Source: Clostridium sp.
GTDB lineage: Bacteria; Bacillota; Clostridia; Clostridiales; Clostridiaceae
DNA length: 64,000 nucleotides
NCBI GenBank assembly: GCA_029851835.1
Contig: JARKVD010000007.1
Coordinates: forward strand, 823 to 64,822
Direction: 5' to 3'
Numbering within the stretch: position 1 is the stretch's first letter; each line of letters starts with the position of its first letter. A program made the translations under genes and the position numbers. Shown one piece after another: positions 41,166 to 52,457 of this stretch. A model generated the notes under the pieces. The model ran no database searches. It was not told the DNA's origin and saw only the letters and a list, made by a program, of their open reading frames with translations.

Positions 41166-42197
41166 TTATGCAATTTTTTTATTCTTCTTATTTAGTAACA
41201 ATAAACTTACCTTATTAGTTAAATCCACTACTCTTGATGAATATGCCCACTCATTATCATACCATGCAGCTATTTTAATCATATTTCCATTTGCCATGGT
41301 TGATAAACTATCTATAATGGAGGCTCTACTATCACCTTTAAAGTCTATAGAAACTAATGGTAAATCACATATGCCTAGAATACCATTTAATTTTCCTTCT
41401 GCGGCTTCTCTCAAAGCTTCATTTACTTCTTCAGCAGTCACTTCTCTTGATACCTCACAAACAAAATCCGTAATAGATACTGCAGCTGTTGGAACTCTTA
41501 ACGCAAAACCATCTAATTTTCCTTTTAGTTGAGGTAATACTTTAGCTACAGCCTTAGCAGCACCAGTTGTAGTCGGCACAATAGACTCCCCTGCCGCTCT
41601 AGCCCTTCTTAAATCTTTATGAGTTTTGTCTAGTATCTGTTGGTCATTAGTCATGGCATGTACCGTTGTTATAAAGCCCTTTAATATTTTAAAATTCTCA
41701 TCTATAACCTTAGCCACTGGAGCTAAGCAATTAGTAGTACATGAAGCATTTGATATTATAGTGTGCTTATCTATATCCAAAATTTCATCATTAACACCCA
41801 TTACTATAGTAACATCTTCATCTTTGCCAGGTGCAGTCAAAATAACCTTTTTAGCACCAGCCTCTATATGCCCACCTAACTCTTCCCTTGTTTTAAATTT
41901 ACCTGTTGACTCAACAACAACATCTACCCCTAACTTGCACCATGGAATTTCCTTTGGAGTGTTACAACATGTAATTTTTATCTCTTTACCATTAATAATT
42001 AGAGAATTTTTTGTTGTTTTAACATCACCCTTAAAAACCCCAAAACATGAATCATAAATAAATAAATGAGCAAGTGTCTCAACATCTGCTCTTGCATTTA
42101 TTGCAACAACATTAAAGTTTATATCTTTTCTATCGCACGCTATACGTAAAAATGTCCTACCAATTCTTCCAAAACCATTTATACCAATGTTTATCAT
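41166..42197 (-). CDS. gap: Type I glyceraldehyde-3-phosphate dehydrogenase
   Basis: GINGFGRIGR, ASCTTNC, WYDNE. Confidence 0.92.
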   Translation of the reverse strand: MINIGINGFGRIGRTFLRIACDRKDINFNVVAINARADVETLAHLFIYDSCFGVFKGDVKTTKNSLIINGKEIKITCCNTPKEIPWCKLGVDVVVESTGKFKTREELGGHIEAGAKKVILTAPGKDEDVTIVMGVNDEILDIDKHTIISNASCTTNCLAPVAKVIDENFKILKGFITTVHAMTNDQQILDKTHKDLRRARAAGESIVPTTTGAAKAVAKVLPQLKGKLDGFALRVPTAAVSITDFVCEVSREVTAEEVNEALREAAEGKLNGILGICDLPLVSIDFKGDSRASIIDSLSTMANGNMIKIAAWYDNEWAYSSRVVDLTNKVSLLLLNKKNKKIA

Positions 42198-42480
42198 AAT
42201 AACCTCCGCTTTAACTGTTGTACTATTTATATTTATTGTATATCACTTTTACTGTTAAGTCAATTAATTTGCATCACTTTATCTAATTATTATCTTTTCA
42301 GCTATACTATTATCTCTTTTCATCCACCTCAAACTGCTATTTTTCATAAACCCATTTAGTAACAACTGTATTTCTAATACTTATTAAAACACTATTATGC
42401 TACACAATATTGTTTTGAAATAAAAATACCACATTGATAACAATATCAATGTGGTATAGATTCATACACTAAAATCTTTT

Positions 42481-42801
42481 TTATAAATGCTTTGATAATT
42501 TATCCTTAATATCTTCTGGTGACATGTATCCAATCATTCTGTCAACTGGACGTCCATCCTTTAATACAAGCATTGTAGGTACACTCATAACTGAAAACTT
42601 TCTTGCAAGTGCTCTGTTTTCATCAATATCGAGTTTAAAAAATTTAGCTTTTCCATCAAAGTCACCTTGAAGCTCCTCCAAAACGGGGCTTAATCTTTGA
42701 CATGGACCACACCATGTAGCATAAAAATCTACCAATACTAATCCTGCATTGGTTTCTCTTTCAAAATTGTCTTCATTAATTATTCTCATAGCTACCTCCA
42801 C
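42481..42801 (-). CDS. trxA: Thioredoxin
   Basis: WCGPC active site. Confidence 0.92.
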   Translation of the reverse strand: MEVAMRIINEDNFERETNAGLVLVDFYATWCGPCQRLSPVLEELQGDFDGKAKFFKLDIDENRALARKFSVMSVPTMLVLKDGRPVDRMIGYMSPEDIKDKLSKHL

Positions 42802-43013
42802 ATTTTTACTAATATAATACTATTTTACTATAATATATGAATAATTGTAACTAATGGAACACATATTATTTTAAAAACAAAAGAACTTAGGTTGATTATT
42901 ATTCGTTTCTAAACACTTCCTTGGTCCACGCAAAGCATTTTATACTGAAACTCATTTAATCAAACTAAGCTCTATCTATATTAGTTTTTCCCTATGAAAT
43001 TATAATATTCTTT

Positions 43014-46000
43014 TTAGTCAACAGATTTTAAAGATTCTACCATAGGAACATTCTTCAATTTAAAGTACATTACAAAGTTTACTAAAGCACCAAATACCAT
43101 GGTTAAAATAGCTGCCCATAAATAACTGATAAGATTAATTGTTCTTCCAAACATTATGTTATCCAACTCAACCGTAACCATAATATATCTATGAAGTAAT
43201 ACTCCTAATCCTAAACCAACTAACATCCCCATAAATGTTAATAAAGTATTTTCCTTATACACATATGATGATACTTCATTATTATAAAATCCTAAAACCT
43301 TTATAGTTGCTATTTCCCTTATCCTCTCACTAATATTTACATTTGTTAAGTTATATAAAACTACAAAGGCCAATGCTCCTGCTGAAATTATAATAACGAT
43401 AATTACTAGATTTAAACTCTTAATGGTATCATTGAAGTTTTCTTTAAGACTTGTGTTAAAACTTACAGATACTATTTCATCATTATTAATTAAATCTGTA
43501 GCTAATTTATTTTCGCTATCTTGCGTTTTATCATTAATTTTAGCAATTATATCATTAAATTGTGGTTCTTCTCCAAATAATTGTTTATATAAATCTGGTG
43601 ACATATAAACATAATGGTATATATATTGTTCAGTAATTCCACTAACTTTAACTTCATATTTTTTCTCATTATCATCTGTACCATTAACAATAGTAATAGA
43701 CTCTCCTATTTTTACACCTAATTGTTTAGCCAATTTTTCATTTAATACTACACCATCATCAGTAAGATTCACTTTTTCTTTATTACCTCTTTTCCTCAAT
43801 GTAACAAAATCCTCAAATTCACTTAAAGCTTTAGGAGTAAATAAAATTGCTTCTTTCTTAGTATCATTACTAGAAACTTTAATATTAGAGTAATTAACCA
43901 TCATATATTCATTAATATCAGCTTCACTTGATATAGTATTAATAATTTTATCATAGGTTTCATCCCTTAAATTTTTTTCTAAGCCTATAGTCATATCATA
44001 GTGATATAATTCCCCAAATTGTACATCAACTATAGCCCTAATAGAGTCTCTTATACCATAACCGGTTAATAGTAATGCAGTACAGCCTGCTACACCAATT
44101 ACCGTCATTAAAAATCTCTTTTTATATCTAAAAATATTTCTTGCACAAACCTTATTTAAAAAGCTTAACCTATTCCAAATAAATGGAATTCTCTCCAATA
44201 AGATTCTCTTACCCATAGTTGGTGCCTTAGGTCTCATTAATAAAGCTGGAGTCTCAACCAACTCTTTATAGCACGCAATCAAAGCTGATCCCGTTGTAAC
44301 TAAAGTTGCTGCTAAAGTTGATATTATAGCAAAAGTCCAATTGAAACTTAGAGTTATCTTAGGTAATTGATACATTATTCCATAGGCATTAAATATAACC
44401 GTTGGGAATAAAGTAAATCCAATTATAATACCAATGATACTACCCGTTAAACTAGCTGCAACTGCATATAAAATATATTTTGAGACTATAGCAATCTTGC
44501 TATATCCCAAGGCTTTAAGAGTTCCCATTAGCCCTCTTTGCTCATCCACCATTCTCGTCATAGTAGTTAGACATACCAAAGCTGCTACTACGAAGAAAAA
44601 TACTGGGAAAACTTGAGCAATAGCATTTATGCTATTGGCTGAATTTTCATAGTCTACGTAACTATAATTAGTATTTCTATCTAGCACATACCATTTTGGC
44701 TCCTCTAAATTATTAAGTTTATACTCAGCATCTACAATTTTATCTTCTGCTTCTACAATTTGCTTTTCCGCATCAGCCTTTGATTGATTGAAAGTTTCTT
44801 TTCCTTTATTAAGTTCTATTATTCCTGAATTTAGCTCACTTTTTGCACTTTCAAATTGATTCTCCGCATTAGTCTTTTCCTTTGCAAGATTAGCTTTTTG
44901 AGTTGCTAATTCAGCCTTACCTGCTTCTAGTTCAACTTTAGCATCAGCCAACTTTTTTTCTCCTTCAACCAAAAGAGCCTTTTGTGATGATAACTCTGAT
45001 TTTACTGATTCTAACCCGTCTTTAGCCTGCTCTAGCACACCTTGAAGCTGTGCAATTTTGGCTTCAGCAGCTGCCTTTTGCTCCTCAGTTAAATTTCCAT
45101 TTGCAATTTCAGTTTTAATTGTTTCGATATATCCTTCAATTGATGCGATAGCACTCTCGCCTTCAGCTATCCGCTTTTCTGCCTCGGCAATTTTAGGTTC
45201 TGCTTCTGCTTTACTTACCAGAAATGCATCATATTCCTTATTATAGGTATCCTCCCCTTGTTTTAACTGCTGCTCTGCCTCTGCAATCTTAGCTTCTGCA
45301 CCAGCAATGGTTAATTTATAGGTTTCTTCTTTGCCGGCTAATTCCCTTTCCCCAAGAGTAATTTTATTTTCTGCATCCTTTAATCCTAACTCTGCCTTAG
45401 CAAGTTCCTCCAAGCTTTTATCTTTTGCGTTTTGAAGTTCTTCCTTGCTTTCTGCAATCTTATCTTTTGCATCTGCAATAATCTCTAAATACCTAATCTT
45501 ACTCCTTTCAATTCCAACAGCTTCGAGTTTATCTGAAATTATTCCAACAGTTTCATCATACTCCGCATCATAGGTCTGTAGCTCTTTTGCACCCTCTACA
45601 GTTAATAACACCTCTGTATATGCTTGAACCTTAAAGGCTTCATTTGATATAAGAATAAAACCGTTTATCTGTCCATTTCCTATTGAACTACTTCCTTTTT
45701 GAAAAGAAACATAAGTTGGACTATGAACCGTTCCTACAATTGTAAACTTATTTTCCTTTAAGCTTTCACTTATATCTGTATCTTTTCCTGATGCTACTTT
45801 AATTTCATCACCAATTTTCAAATTATAGTTTTCAAGAACTTCAGCTTCAACAACACATTCAGTAATATTCTCTGGAAATCTTCCATCTACTAAAACAGGT
45901 CTATTTATAAAGTCTTTATCATCTTTGGTTAAATGATTTAAATCTAATCCATGCACCTTTAATACAACTTCTATAGTATCAAAATTAGAAATAACATCCA

Positions 46001-46280
46001 TTGAATAGGTGGGAAAAACACCTTCTACACCCTTCAAATTCCTTATAGACCCCACATCCTCCTCTGTAAGACCAAAGGTAGAAACTAATTGAATATCCAT
46101 GAAGTTCTGTTCATCATAATATTTATCCGCATTTTTTTTCATTACTGGCGAAGATACTTTTACACCAGCAAAAAGCCCTACCCCTATAGCAACTATTGCA
46201 ACTATAGAAATAAATCTGCTTAAACTATGTTTAATATCTCGTATCATATCCTTGGCTAATGAGCTTTTCATGTTTACCAC
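43014..46280 (-). CDS. FtsX/MacB-type ABC permease with a long coiled-coil insert
   Basis: TMTRMVDEQR, LKALGY, ERIREIATIKVLGF. Confidence 0.88.
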   Translation of the reverse strand: MVNMKSSLAKDMIRDIKHSLSRFISIVAIVAIGVGLFAGVKVSSPVMKKNADKYYDEQNFMDIQLVSTFGLTEEDVGSIRNLKGVEGVFPTYSMDVISNFDTIEVVLKVHGLDLNHLTKDDKDFINRPVLVDGRFPENITECVVEAEVLENYNLKIGDEIKVASGKDTDISESLKENKFTIVGTVHSPTYVSFQKGSSSIGNGQINGFILISNEAFKVQAYTEVLLTVEGAKELQTYDAEYDETVGIISDKLEAVGIERSKIRYLEIIADAKDKIAESKEELQNAKDKSLEELAKAELGLKDAENKITLGERELAGKEETYKLTIAGAEAKIAEAEQQLKQGEDTYNKEYDAFLVSKAEAEPKIAEAEKRIAEGESAIASIEGYIETIKTEIANGNLTEEQKAAAEAKIAQLQGVLEQAKDGLESVKSELSSQKALLVEGEKKLADAKVELEAGKAELATQKANLAKEKTNAENQFESAKSELNSGIIELNKGKETFNQSKADAEKQIVEAEDKIVDAEYKLNNLEEPKWYVLDRNTNYSYVDYENSANSINAIAQVFPVFFFVVAALVCLTTMTRMVDEQRGLMGTLKALGYSKIAIVSKYILYAVAASLTGSIIGIIIGFTLFPTVIFNAYGIMYQLPKITLSFNWTFAIISTLAATLVTTGSALIACYKELVETPALLMRPKAPTMGKRILLERIPFIWNRLSFLNKVCARNIFRYKKRFLMTVIGVAGCTALLLTGYGIRDSIRAIVDVQFGELYHYDMTIGLEKNLRDETYDKIINTISSEADINEYMMVNYSNIKVSSNDTKKEAILFTPKALSEFEDFVTLRKRGNKEKVNLTDDGVVLNEKLAKQLGVKIGESITIVNGTDDNEKKYEVKVSGITEQYIYHYVYMSPDLYKQLFGEEPQFNDIIAKINDKTQDSENKLATDLINNDEIVSVSFNTSLKENFNDTIKSLNLVIIVIIISAGALAFVVLYNLTNVNISERIREIATIKVLGFYNNEVSSYVYKENTLLTFMGMLVGLGLGVLLHRYIMVTVELDNIMFGRTINLISYLWAAILTMVFGALVNFVMYFKLKNVPMVESLKSVD

Positions 46281-46978
46281 TCAATCCTTTCAACTGGGAT
46301 AGGGTTATCATTAACATACATATCGCTAACCTTACCATTTCGAACATGAATTACTTTATCCCCCATTGCTGTAAGTGCTAAATTATGTGTAATAACAACA
46401 ATTGTCATTCCTAGTTTTCTACTCATATCTTGGAGAAGCTTTAAAATAGCTTTTCCCGTATTATAGTCAAGTGCTCCAGTAGGTTCATCACATAATAGCA
46501 ATTTAGGATTTTTGGCCAAAGCCCTTGCTATTGCAATTCTTTGCTGCTCTCCGCCAGAAAGTTGTGCAGGAAAATTATTTCTTCTTTCTTTTAGCCCAAC
46601 TGCTTCTAACGTTTCCTCAGGGTCCAATGGATTTTTACAAATCTGGGTAGCTAATTCTATATTTTCGATGGCAGTTAGATTTTGAACTAGATTATAAAAC
46701 TGAAAAACAAATCCAATATCAAATCTTCTATATGTAGTCAATTCCTTCTCACTATATTTATCCACTCTATTTCCATCTACATATACCTCACCTGATGTAG
46801 ATGTATCCATTCCTCCAAGAATGTTTAATATTGTACTTTTACCTGCACCACTAGCACCAGCAATTACCACAAACTCCCCCTTATCAATAGAAAAGTTCAC
46901 TCCATCTAATGCTTTTATTTCAACTTCCCCCATATTATATACTTTTTTAACGTCTACAAATTCAATATATTTACTCAA
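46274..46978 (-). CDS. ABC transporter ATP-binding protein (LolD/MacB-like)
   Basis: [23 protein letters not shown]. Confidence 0.93.
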   Translation of the reverse strand: MSKYIEFVDVKKVYNMGEVEIKALDGVNFSIDKGEFVVIAGASGAGKSTILNILGGMDTSTSGEVYVDGNRVDKYSEKELTTYRRFDIGFVFQFYNLVQNLTAIENIELATQICKNPLDPEETLEAVGLKERRNNFPAQLSGGEQQRIAIARALAKNPKLLLCDEPTGALDYNTGKAILKLLQDMSRKLGMTIVVITHNLALTAMGDKVIHVRNGKVSDMYVNDNPIPVERIEW

Positions 46979-47148
46979 GCCTTTTCCTCCTTATGTATAA
47001 CACATTTAAACATAATATCCTAATTAATTATAATATAATTTCATATATATATTGTGAATATAAATTTAAAATATAAATAAATTCAGTTTATTTTTGCGTA
47101 TTTATAAAAAACTTCTCACAACTGTTAATTGCTGTGAGAAGTTTTTTA

Positions 47149-47535
47149 TTATCGTCTTAATTGTCCATGTTTTTCATAATTAGTGATTTCTGATATTTTA
47201 TTTTGTTCATCCACAAACACTACAGATGGTCTATGTCTCCTTGCTTCTTCATTGTCCATTTCACAATAACTCATAATAATTATTTTATCTCCAACTTGTA
47301 CGCATCTTGCCGCTGCACCATTTAAACATATAAGTCCACTGCCTCTCTCTCCAGCAATAGTATATGTTTCAAATCTATTCCCATTGTTTATATCCACAAT
47401 CTGAACCTTCTCGTATTCTAGAATTCCAGATGCCTTCAATAAATCTTCATCTATAGTAATGCTTCCAACATAATCTAATTCAGCTTGTACAACTGTTGCT
47501 CTGTGTATTTTTCCTTTTAACATTGTTACTTTCAT
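47149..47535 (-). CDS. panD: Aspartate 1-decarboxylase
   Basis: [27 protein letters not shown]; start moved to ATG 47535 after GGGGG. Confidence 0.95.
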   Translation of the reverse strand: MKVTMLKGKIHRATVVQAELDYVGSITIDEDLLKASGILEYEKVQIVDINNGNRFETYTIAGERGSGLICLNGAAARCVQVGDKIIIMSYCEMDNEEARRHRPSVVFVDEQNKISEITNYEKHGQLRR

Positions 47536-47582
47536 TTTATGTCCCCCTAAATTTTCATTCATTTCAAACAAGTCATTTATAA

Positions 47583-47652
47583 TGAAACTCCCTCTCATTT
47601 TCATTGGAAGGAGTAAGTTCTGCTTGCCAAATCACAGATTTGGAACATTACT
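47583..47652 (-). repeat. Copy of the two-hairpin element between panC and panD, overlapping the panC stop
   Basis: GAAACTCCCTC...GAAGGAGTAAGTTC...CCAAATCACAGATTTGG. Confidence 0.85.
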
Positions 47653-48493
47653 TATAGTAAATAAAATTATCAATCAATCTTGTTTTACCAATATAGACAG
47701 CTAAAGCTACCAACACATCATTTTCAATAACCTCAACATTTTTCAATGACTTGCTGTCAACAATCTCAACATAATCTATTTTAGCTAAAGGTTCCTCTTC
47801 AATGATTTCCACTATCAGACCTTTTAAATCACTAGTATTTTTAACGCCAGCTTCTATAGCTTTTTTAGCAGCCTTTAATGATTTATTTAAAATTAGTGCA
47901 ACTTCTCTTTCTTGTGAAGATAAATATATATTTCTTGAACTCTTAGCTAAGCCATCTTCTTCCCTTACTATTGGACATCCAACAATTTTAATATCAATAT
48001 TTAAATCCTCAACCATCTTCTTAATTATTGCTAATTGCTGAGCATCCTTTTCACCAAAGTACGCTTTATCTGCAGGAATAATATTAAACAATTTAGTTAC
48101 TACAGTACATACTCCACTGAAATGCGTCGGTCTGCTTTTTCCACAAAGTCCTGAAGTTAATCCACTCATATTAACAGCTGTACATGCATCTGAAGCATAC
48201 ATTTCTTCCACCTCTGGATGAAAAATCAAATCTGCACCAGCAGCTTCACATATTAATGAATCTTTCTTCAAATCCCTTGGATACTTTTCTAAATCTTCAT
48301 TGGGTCCAAATTGGGTTGGATTTATAAATATGCTAACAACCACCTTATGGTTTTCACTTGCTGCTCTTTTAATTAAACTTTCATGCCCTTCATGAAGATA
48401 CCCCATAGTTGGCACAAACCCTACTGATAATCCTTCTCTCTTCCATGCCTTTACTTGATCTCTAACCTGCAATGCTTTGTAATATATTTCCAT
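47648..48493 (-). CDS. panC: Pantoate-beta-alanine ligase
   Basis: PTMGYLHEGH, FGEKDAQQ, GLAKSSRN, RLIDN. Confidence 0.96.
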   Translation of the reverse strand: MEIYYKALQVRDQVKAWKREGLSVGFVPTMGYLHEGHESLIKRAASENHKVVVSIFINPTQFGPNEDLEKYPRDLKKDSLICEAAGADLIFHPEVEEMYASDACTAVNMSGLTSGLCGKSRPTHFSGVCTVVTKLFNIIPADKAYFGEKDAQQLAIIKKMVEDLNIDIKIVGCPIVREEDGLAKSSRNIYLSSQEREVALILNKSLKAAKKAIEAGVKNTSDLKGLIVEIIEEEPLAKIDYVEIVDSKSLKNVEVIENDVLVALAVYIGKTRLIDNFIYYK

Positions 48494-48527
48494 TTAACTT
48501 CCTCTTTTCATAATTATTTTGAGTTTA

Positions 48528-49355
48528 TTAATATAATTTACTTATTACTTCTTCACTGATTTTAAAGCCATGTTCAGGACCTGGAAAATCGCCATTTTGA
48601 ACTTCTCTTATATATGTCTTAAATGCTTCTGTCATTGACTCTCCAACATTAGCAAATCTCTTTACAAACTTAGGTGTAAAATCACTGAACATGCCAAGCA
48701 TATCCTGGTATACAAGAATTTGTCCATCACATTCAGCACCTGCTCCAATCCCAATTGTTGGTATTGATACTTCATTTCTTATTATTGCTGCAAGTTTAGA
48801 TGGCACACATTCTAACACTATGGCAAAAGCTCCAGCTTTTTCTACTGCTTTTGCTGCTTCTATAAGCTCTTTTGCCGCTTCTTCACTTTTACCTTGGACC
48901 TTAAAACCACCGATTGCATTAACAGATTGAGGTGTCAATCCTATATGTGCCATAACAGGTATCGAAGCCTTCACTATAGCTTCTATTCTGTCACACATTG
49001 AAGTTCCACCTTCTAGCTTTACAGCATGAGCTCTTCCTTCTTTCATAAGTCTTCCAGCGTTTACAACTGCATCATAAACCGAAGTCTGATAAGACATAAA
49101 TGGCATATCAGCAACAACTAAAGCATTCCTTACACCTCTAGAAACAGCTTTAGTATGATGTATCATATCCTCCATAGTTACCGATATTGTATCTTCATAT
49201 CCAAGACATACCATCCCTACTGAATCTCCTACTAGAATTCCATTTACTCCAGCACTGTCAATAAGCTTTGCCATAGAATAATCATAAGCAGTAAGCATTG
49301 TTAGCTTTTCACACTTTTTCTTAGCTTCTTTAAATGTTAAAATGGTATTTTTCAT
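48528..49355 (-). CDS. panB: 3-methyl-2-oxobutanoate hydroxymethyltransferase
   Basis: LTAYD, LVGDS, DMPF, KLEGG, HIGLTPQ. Confidence 0.96.
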   Translation of the reverse strand: MKNTILTFKEAKKKCEKLTMLTAYDYSMAKLIDSAGVNGILVGDSVGMVCLGYEDTISVTMEDMIHHTKAVSRGVRNALVVADMPFMSYQTSVYDAVVNAGRLMKEGRAHAVKLEGGTSMCDRIEAIVKASIPVMAHIGLTPQSVNAIGGFKVQGKSEEAAKELIEAAKAVEKAGAFAIVLECVPSKLAAIIRNEVSIPTIGIGAGAECDGQILVYQDMLGMFSDFTPKFVKRFANVGESMTEAFKTYIREVQNGDFPGPEHGFKISEEVISKLY

Positions 49356-49357
49356 AA

Positions 49358-50215
49358 TTACTTCTCATCTCCCAAATACTTTTCTATTTCCTCGTAATTC
49401 CTATGCTTGTTTTTTTCTTTTGCCAATGATAATAAATTCTTACATAATAATTCATACAAATCTTTGTCTAATCCATTTATACTTTCACAATGAGCTTTTA
49501 TTGTGCTGAGATCACCTCTCTCTAAAGGTCCTGTAAGACTATCTAAAATCCCATTACTTTTTATATTAGTAATATTATTTAAAATAAGAGGATAGAGAGC
49601 TTCAACAGCTAAATTTTCATCAAAGCCACATTCCTTTAAGTAATTTACTCCATTATTAATAAGCCCCAGCACCATATTGCTGCTGATAACAGAGGCTAAA
49701 TGATATAAACTCTTACTTTTTTTATCAATAATTTTAACTTTATTTCCTAATGACCTTAATAAAGAAGTTAAATTATCAATATATTTTTCATGGCCTTCTA
49801 TAGTAAAAAAGGCCTCATTAAGATTTTTGTAGGAATTATATTTATCCGAAATGGCAAACATAGGGTGGATAGAATAAGGGTAAGCACCAAACTTACTTAT
49901 ATCTGAAAAGATTTCCGAAGATAACAAACCACTACAGTGGCATATTAATTTATTTTGTATAGACAACTCTTTTATTTCATTCCATACTCCCTGCACTTCT
50001 GAATCAGGAGTAGAAATTATGATTCCATCACTTTCATTTATTAACTCATTTAAAGTTAAAAATTGTTTAGTACCTGTAAAGTTTCCTGCTTCCTTTGAAG
50101 AATTATGGTTTCGACTATAATATCCTGAAACTTGAATACCATTCTCTACAAAGTACTTCCCTAAGGAAAATCCAACTTTACCGGCTCCAATAAAACCAAA
50201 TTTTATAACAATCAC
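49358..50215 (-). CDS. panG: Rossmann-like/DUF2520 ketopantoate reductase (PanG type)
   Basis: [27 protein letters not shown]; first gene of the pan operon. Confidence 0.75.
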   Translation of the reverse strand: MIVIKFGFIGAGKVGFSLGKYFVENGIQVSGYYSRNHNSSKEAGNFTGTKQFLTLNELINESDGIIISTPDSEVQGVWNEIKELSIQNKLICHCSGLLSSEIFSDISKFGAYPYSIHPMFAISDKYNSYKNLNEAFFTIEGHEKYIDNLTSLLRSLGNKVKIIDKKSKSLYHLASVISSNMVLGLINNGVNYLKECGFDENLAVEALYPLILNNITNIKSNGILDSLTGPLERGDLSTIKAHCESINGLDKDLYELLCKNLLSLAKEKNKHRNYEEIEKYLGDEK

Positions 50216-50715
50216 TCCTTTGCATTATATTCTTTAAGTACCCTATCCTCAAATCAGAAAAATAGGTACTAAAAGAGTAGATTAACGCAGCTAAACCTTT
50301 AAAATAAAAATTTAACTTCACCATTAATCCTTATATTCAACTTAATACAAGATATAAAGGCTTGTACCATTGCTATGAGTGATTTGTCATCTAAGTCTCA
50401 TTCTATAAGATATGAGCTGTCCGTGAAATCTTTGGTTCTCTTAATTCTAAGAGAATTTATATTATAATCATCATAATTTTTGATGATCATTGTAAGTAAG
50501 AATGGTGCAGTTATTTCTATACTGCCCACAATTACGTTATATCATATACTAGGTTTAAGTTCAATATTCTTACTATTTACATTACTTATTTTTACAAATT
50601 TCCAATTCTGCAAAGTAGCAAGTATAAATTTTACCATTTGAATAATAATAAAATTACCGATGATATTTTTGCAATCATAAATGTCATATTATATTTTAAT
50701 TTAGGAGGATACTGT

Positions 50716-51588
50716 ATGAAAAAGCAACCAAAAATTTTTAGTCTTTGTCTTTTACTTATTTTAGCTTTATCAATCAACCCAGTAATGGCCATTTCCCCTA
50801 TAGAATCAACAATACCTAGACCTAATGTAAAAGAAGGCTTTCTTGTAATGGATACTGATAGAGATGCTCCATTGCCAAAGAGATATAGAAATATTCCTTC
50901 TTTAAACATTTCTGGAAGTGCCCAATTTGTACCTAGCCAAATAGAAAATTTAAAGAATGAAATCAATGTCCTTGATACCTATATTGTTGATTTACGTCAG
51001 GAATCTCATGGCTTCCTTAATAATGATGCAGTAAGCTTTTATAGCACTGAGAGATTACTTAACAATGGATTTGATTCTGAAGAAACCTTAGCAAGTGAAA
51101 AAGAAAAATTTGGATTAATTAAGCCAGGTGATGTAGTGAATATTTTCAATAAACGTGGCCGCTTTAAAGAATCAATAACAGTTGAAAAGTCTCAAATAGA
51201 ATTAGATCTTGTAGAGAATGCTGGGCTTAATTATGTTTTATTTGCTACAAGGGATGGTCATATACCTACTCCATCTATGGTTGATTCTTTCGTATCTTTC
51301 ATAGTAAAAACCCCGCCTACAACCCACCTTCACTTTCATTGTAATCACGGTGAAGGAAGAACAACTATGTTTATGTCAATGTTTCAAATGATGAAGGAAA
51401 GCTCCTTTAAATCTCTCCAGGAGATATTAGATGAACAGCTAGAAGCCGGCGGAATTGTACTAACAGATGATACAATTAGAGCAAATTTCCTACAAGATTT
51501 TTACGATTATACTAAAGAAAATGCAGCAACTAACTTTAAAACACCATTTTCTGTTTGGTCTCAAAAACATTCAAGAAGCACCCTTTAA
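50716..51588 (+). CDS. Secreted protein-tyrosine-phosphatase-like phytase
   Basis: Signal peptide, SGSAQF, VDLRQESHG, HFHCNHGEGRTT; ATG 50716 after AGGAGG. Confidence 0.85.
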   Translation: MKKQPKIFSLCLLLILALSINPVMAISPIESTIPRPNVKEGFLVMDTDRDAPLPKRYRNIPSLNISGSAQFVPSQIENLKNEINVLDTYIVDLRQESHGFLNNDAVSFYSTERLLNNGFDSEETLASEKEKFGLIKPGDVVNIFNKRGRFKESITVEKSQIELDLVENAGLNYVLFATRDGHIPTPSMVDSFVSFIVKTPPTTHLHFHCNHGEGRTTMFMSMFQMMKESSFKSLQEILDEQLEAGGIVLTDDTIRANFLQDFYDYTKENAATNFKTPFSVWSQKHSRSTL

Positions 51589-51653
51589 AAATCCATTAAT
51601 CATAAAAAAGCAGATTCAAACTCACTTTGAATCTGCTTTCTATTGCATTTTAA

Positions 51654-51868
51654 TCAATTTAAATGCTGATTTTTCAAACTTAAAATTCTATAAACACTTT
51701 CAACTATATTTTCCTCTGATATTCTTCCACTGTTCACTGCCTCTATAACTGGTACTGATTCATGGGAATCAACTGAAGTATCTCCATATCCTGATTGATT
51801 AAGCTTCTTATTTGTTCTACAGTACTTATATTTTTACCAAATAATATAATTCTTCCTAAATAGTATGT
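51654..51868 (-). pseudogene. Internally deleted GH3 beta-N-acetylhexosaminidase (nagZ-like) remnant
   Basis: Fragments GRIILFGKNISTVEQIRSLIN / frameshift / GYGDTSVDSH / IEAVNSGRISEENIVESVYRILSLK*. Confidence 0.7.
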
Positions 51869-51971
51869 AAAGTTAAAATTACTGAAGCAAAAATTACCTT
51901 ATAAAAACTCTTATAAAAATCCCTAATATGTTTAAACTAATATTAAATCTATTTTAAGGAGTGAGCAGTAT

Positions 51972-52127
51972 ATGACAAAAGATAGTCAACCTGATAATAA
52001 ACAAGCTAGAATGGAGAAATGTAATTTTCAAACTCCTATAACAAGTGAAACAGGTAAAAATCACAATAGAACAGCAAAAAAGCATTCAGTAAAACGTGAA
52101 GGTTTTCAAAGTCAACATATCAATTAA
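51972..52127 (+). CDS. 51-aa hydrophilic small protein
   Basis: AAGGAGTG RBS; MTKDSQPDNKQARMEKCNFQTPITSETGKNHNRTAKKHSVKREGFQSQHIN*; terminator hairpin at 52161-52198. Confidence 0.65.
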   Translation: MTKDSQPDNKQARMEKCNFQTPITSETGKNHNRTAKKHSVKREGFQSQHIN

Positions 52128-52457
52128 TTAGTTCTGTTTAATTATCATAAAGTAAAATTACCCTCCCATTGGACTATATTATTCAATGGGGGGTTTTAAT
52201 TTTCGAGTAAAAATCCTTGTATATTTTGCGTTAATTATTAATAATAGTATTTTTTTAACATATATCTTATTAATATAATATAATTTAAACGCCATTAATT
52301 AAATTCCATACAATGTTCTTAAATTATAATAAAATCATAGTTTTAACTAATTTAAGCTTACTGATTCATATTTTAAAAAGAAGGAGTTTTACTATATAAT
52401 GTATAATTAGTATAAAGTTACTTAAATTATTCTAAATATTTACGGAGGTGAGCAGTT

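Noticed and set aside
44700-45500. Tandem DNA repeat inside the ABC permease
   Set aside because: The periodicity reflects an Ala/Glu/Lys-rich coiled coil common in this permease family, not an exact nucleotide repeat
47536-47604. N-terminal extension of PanD in the ORF track
   Set aside because: That start lies inside the repeat element; canonical PanD begins at ATG 47535 with an RBS
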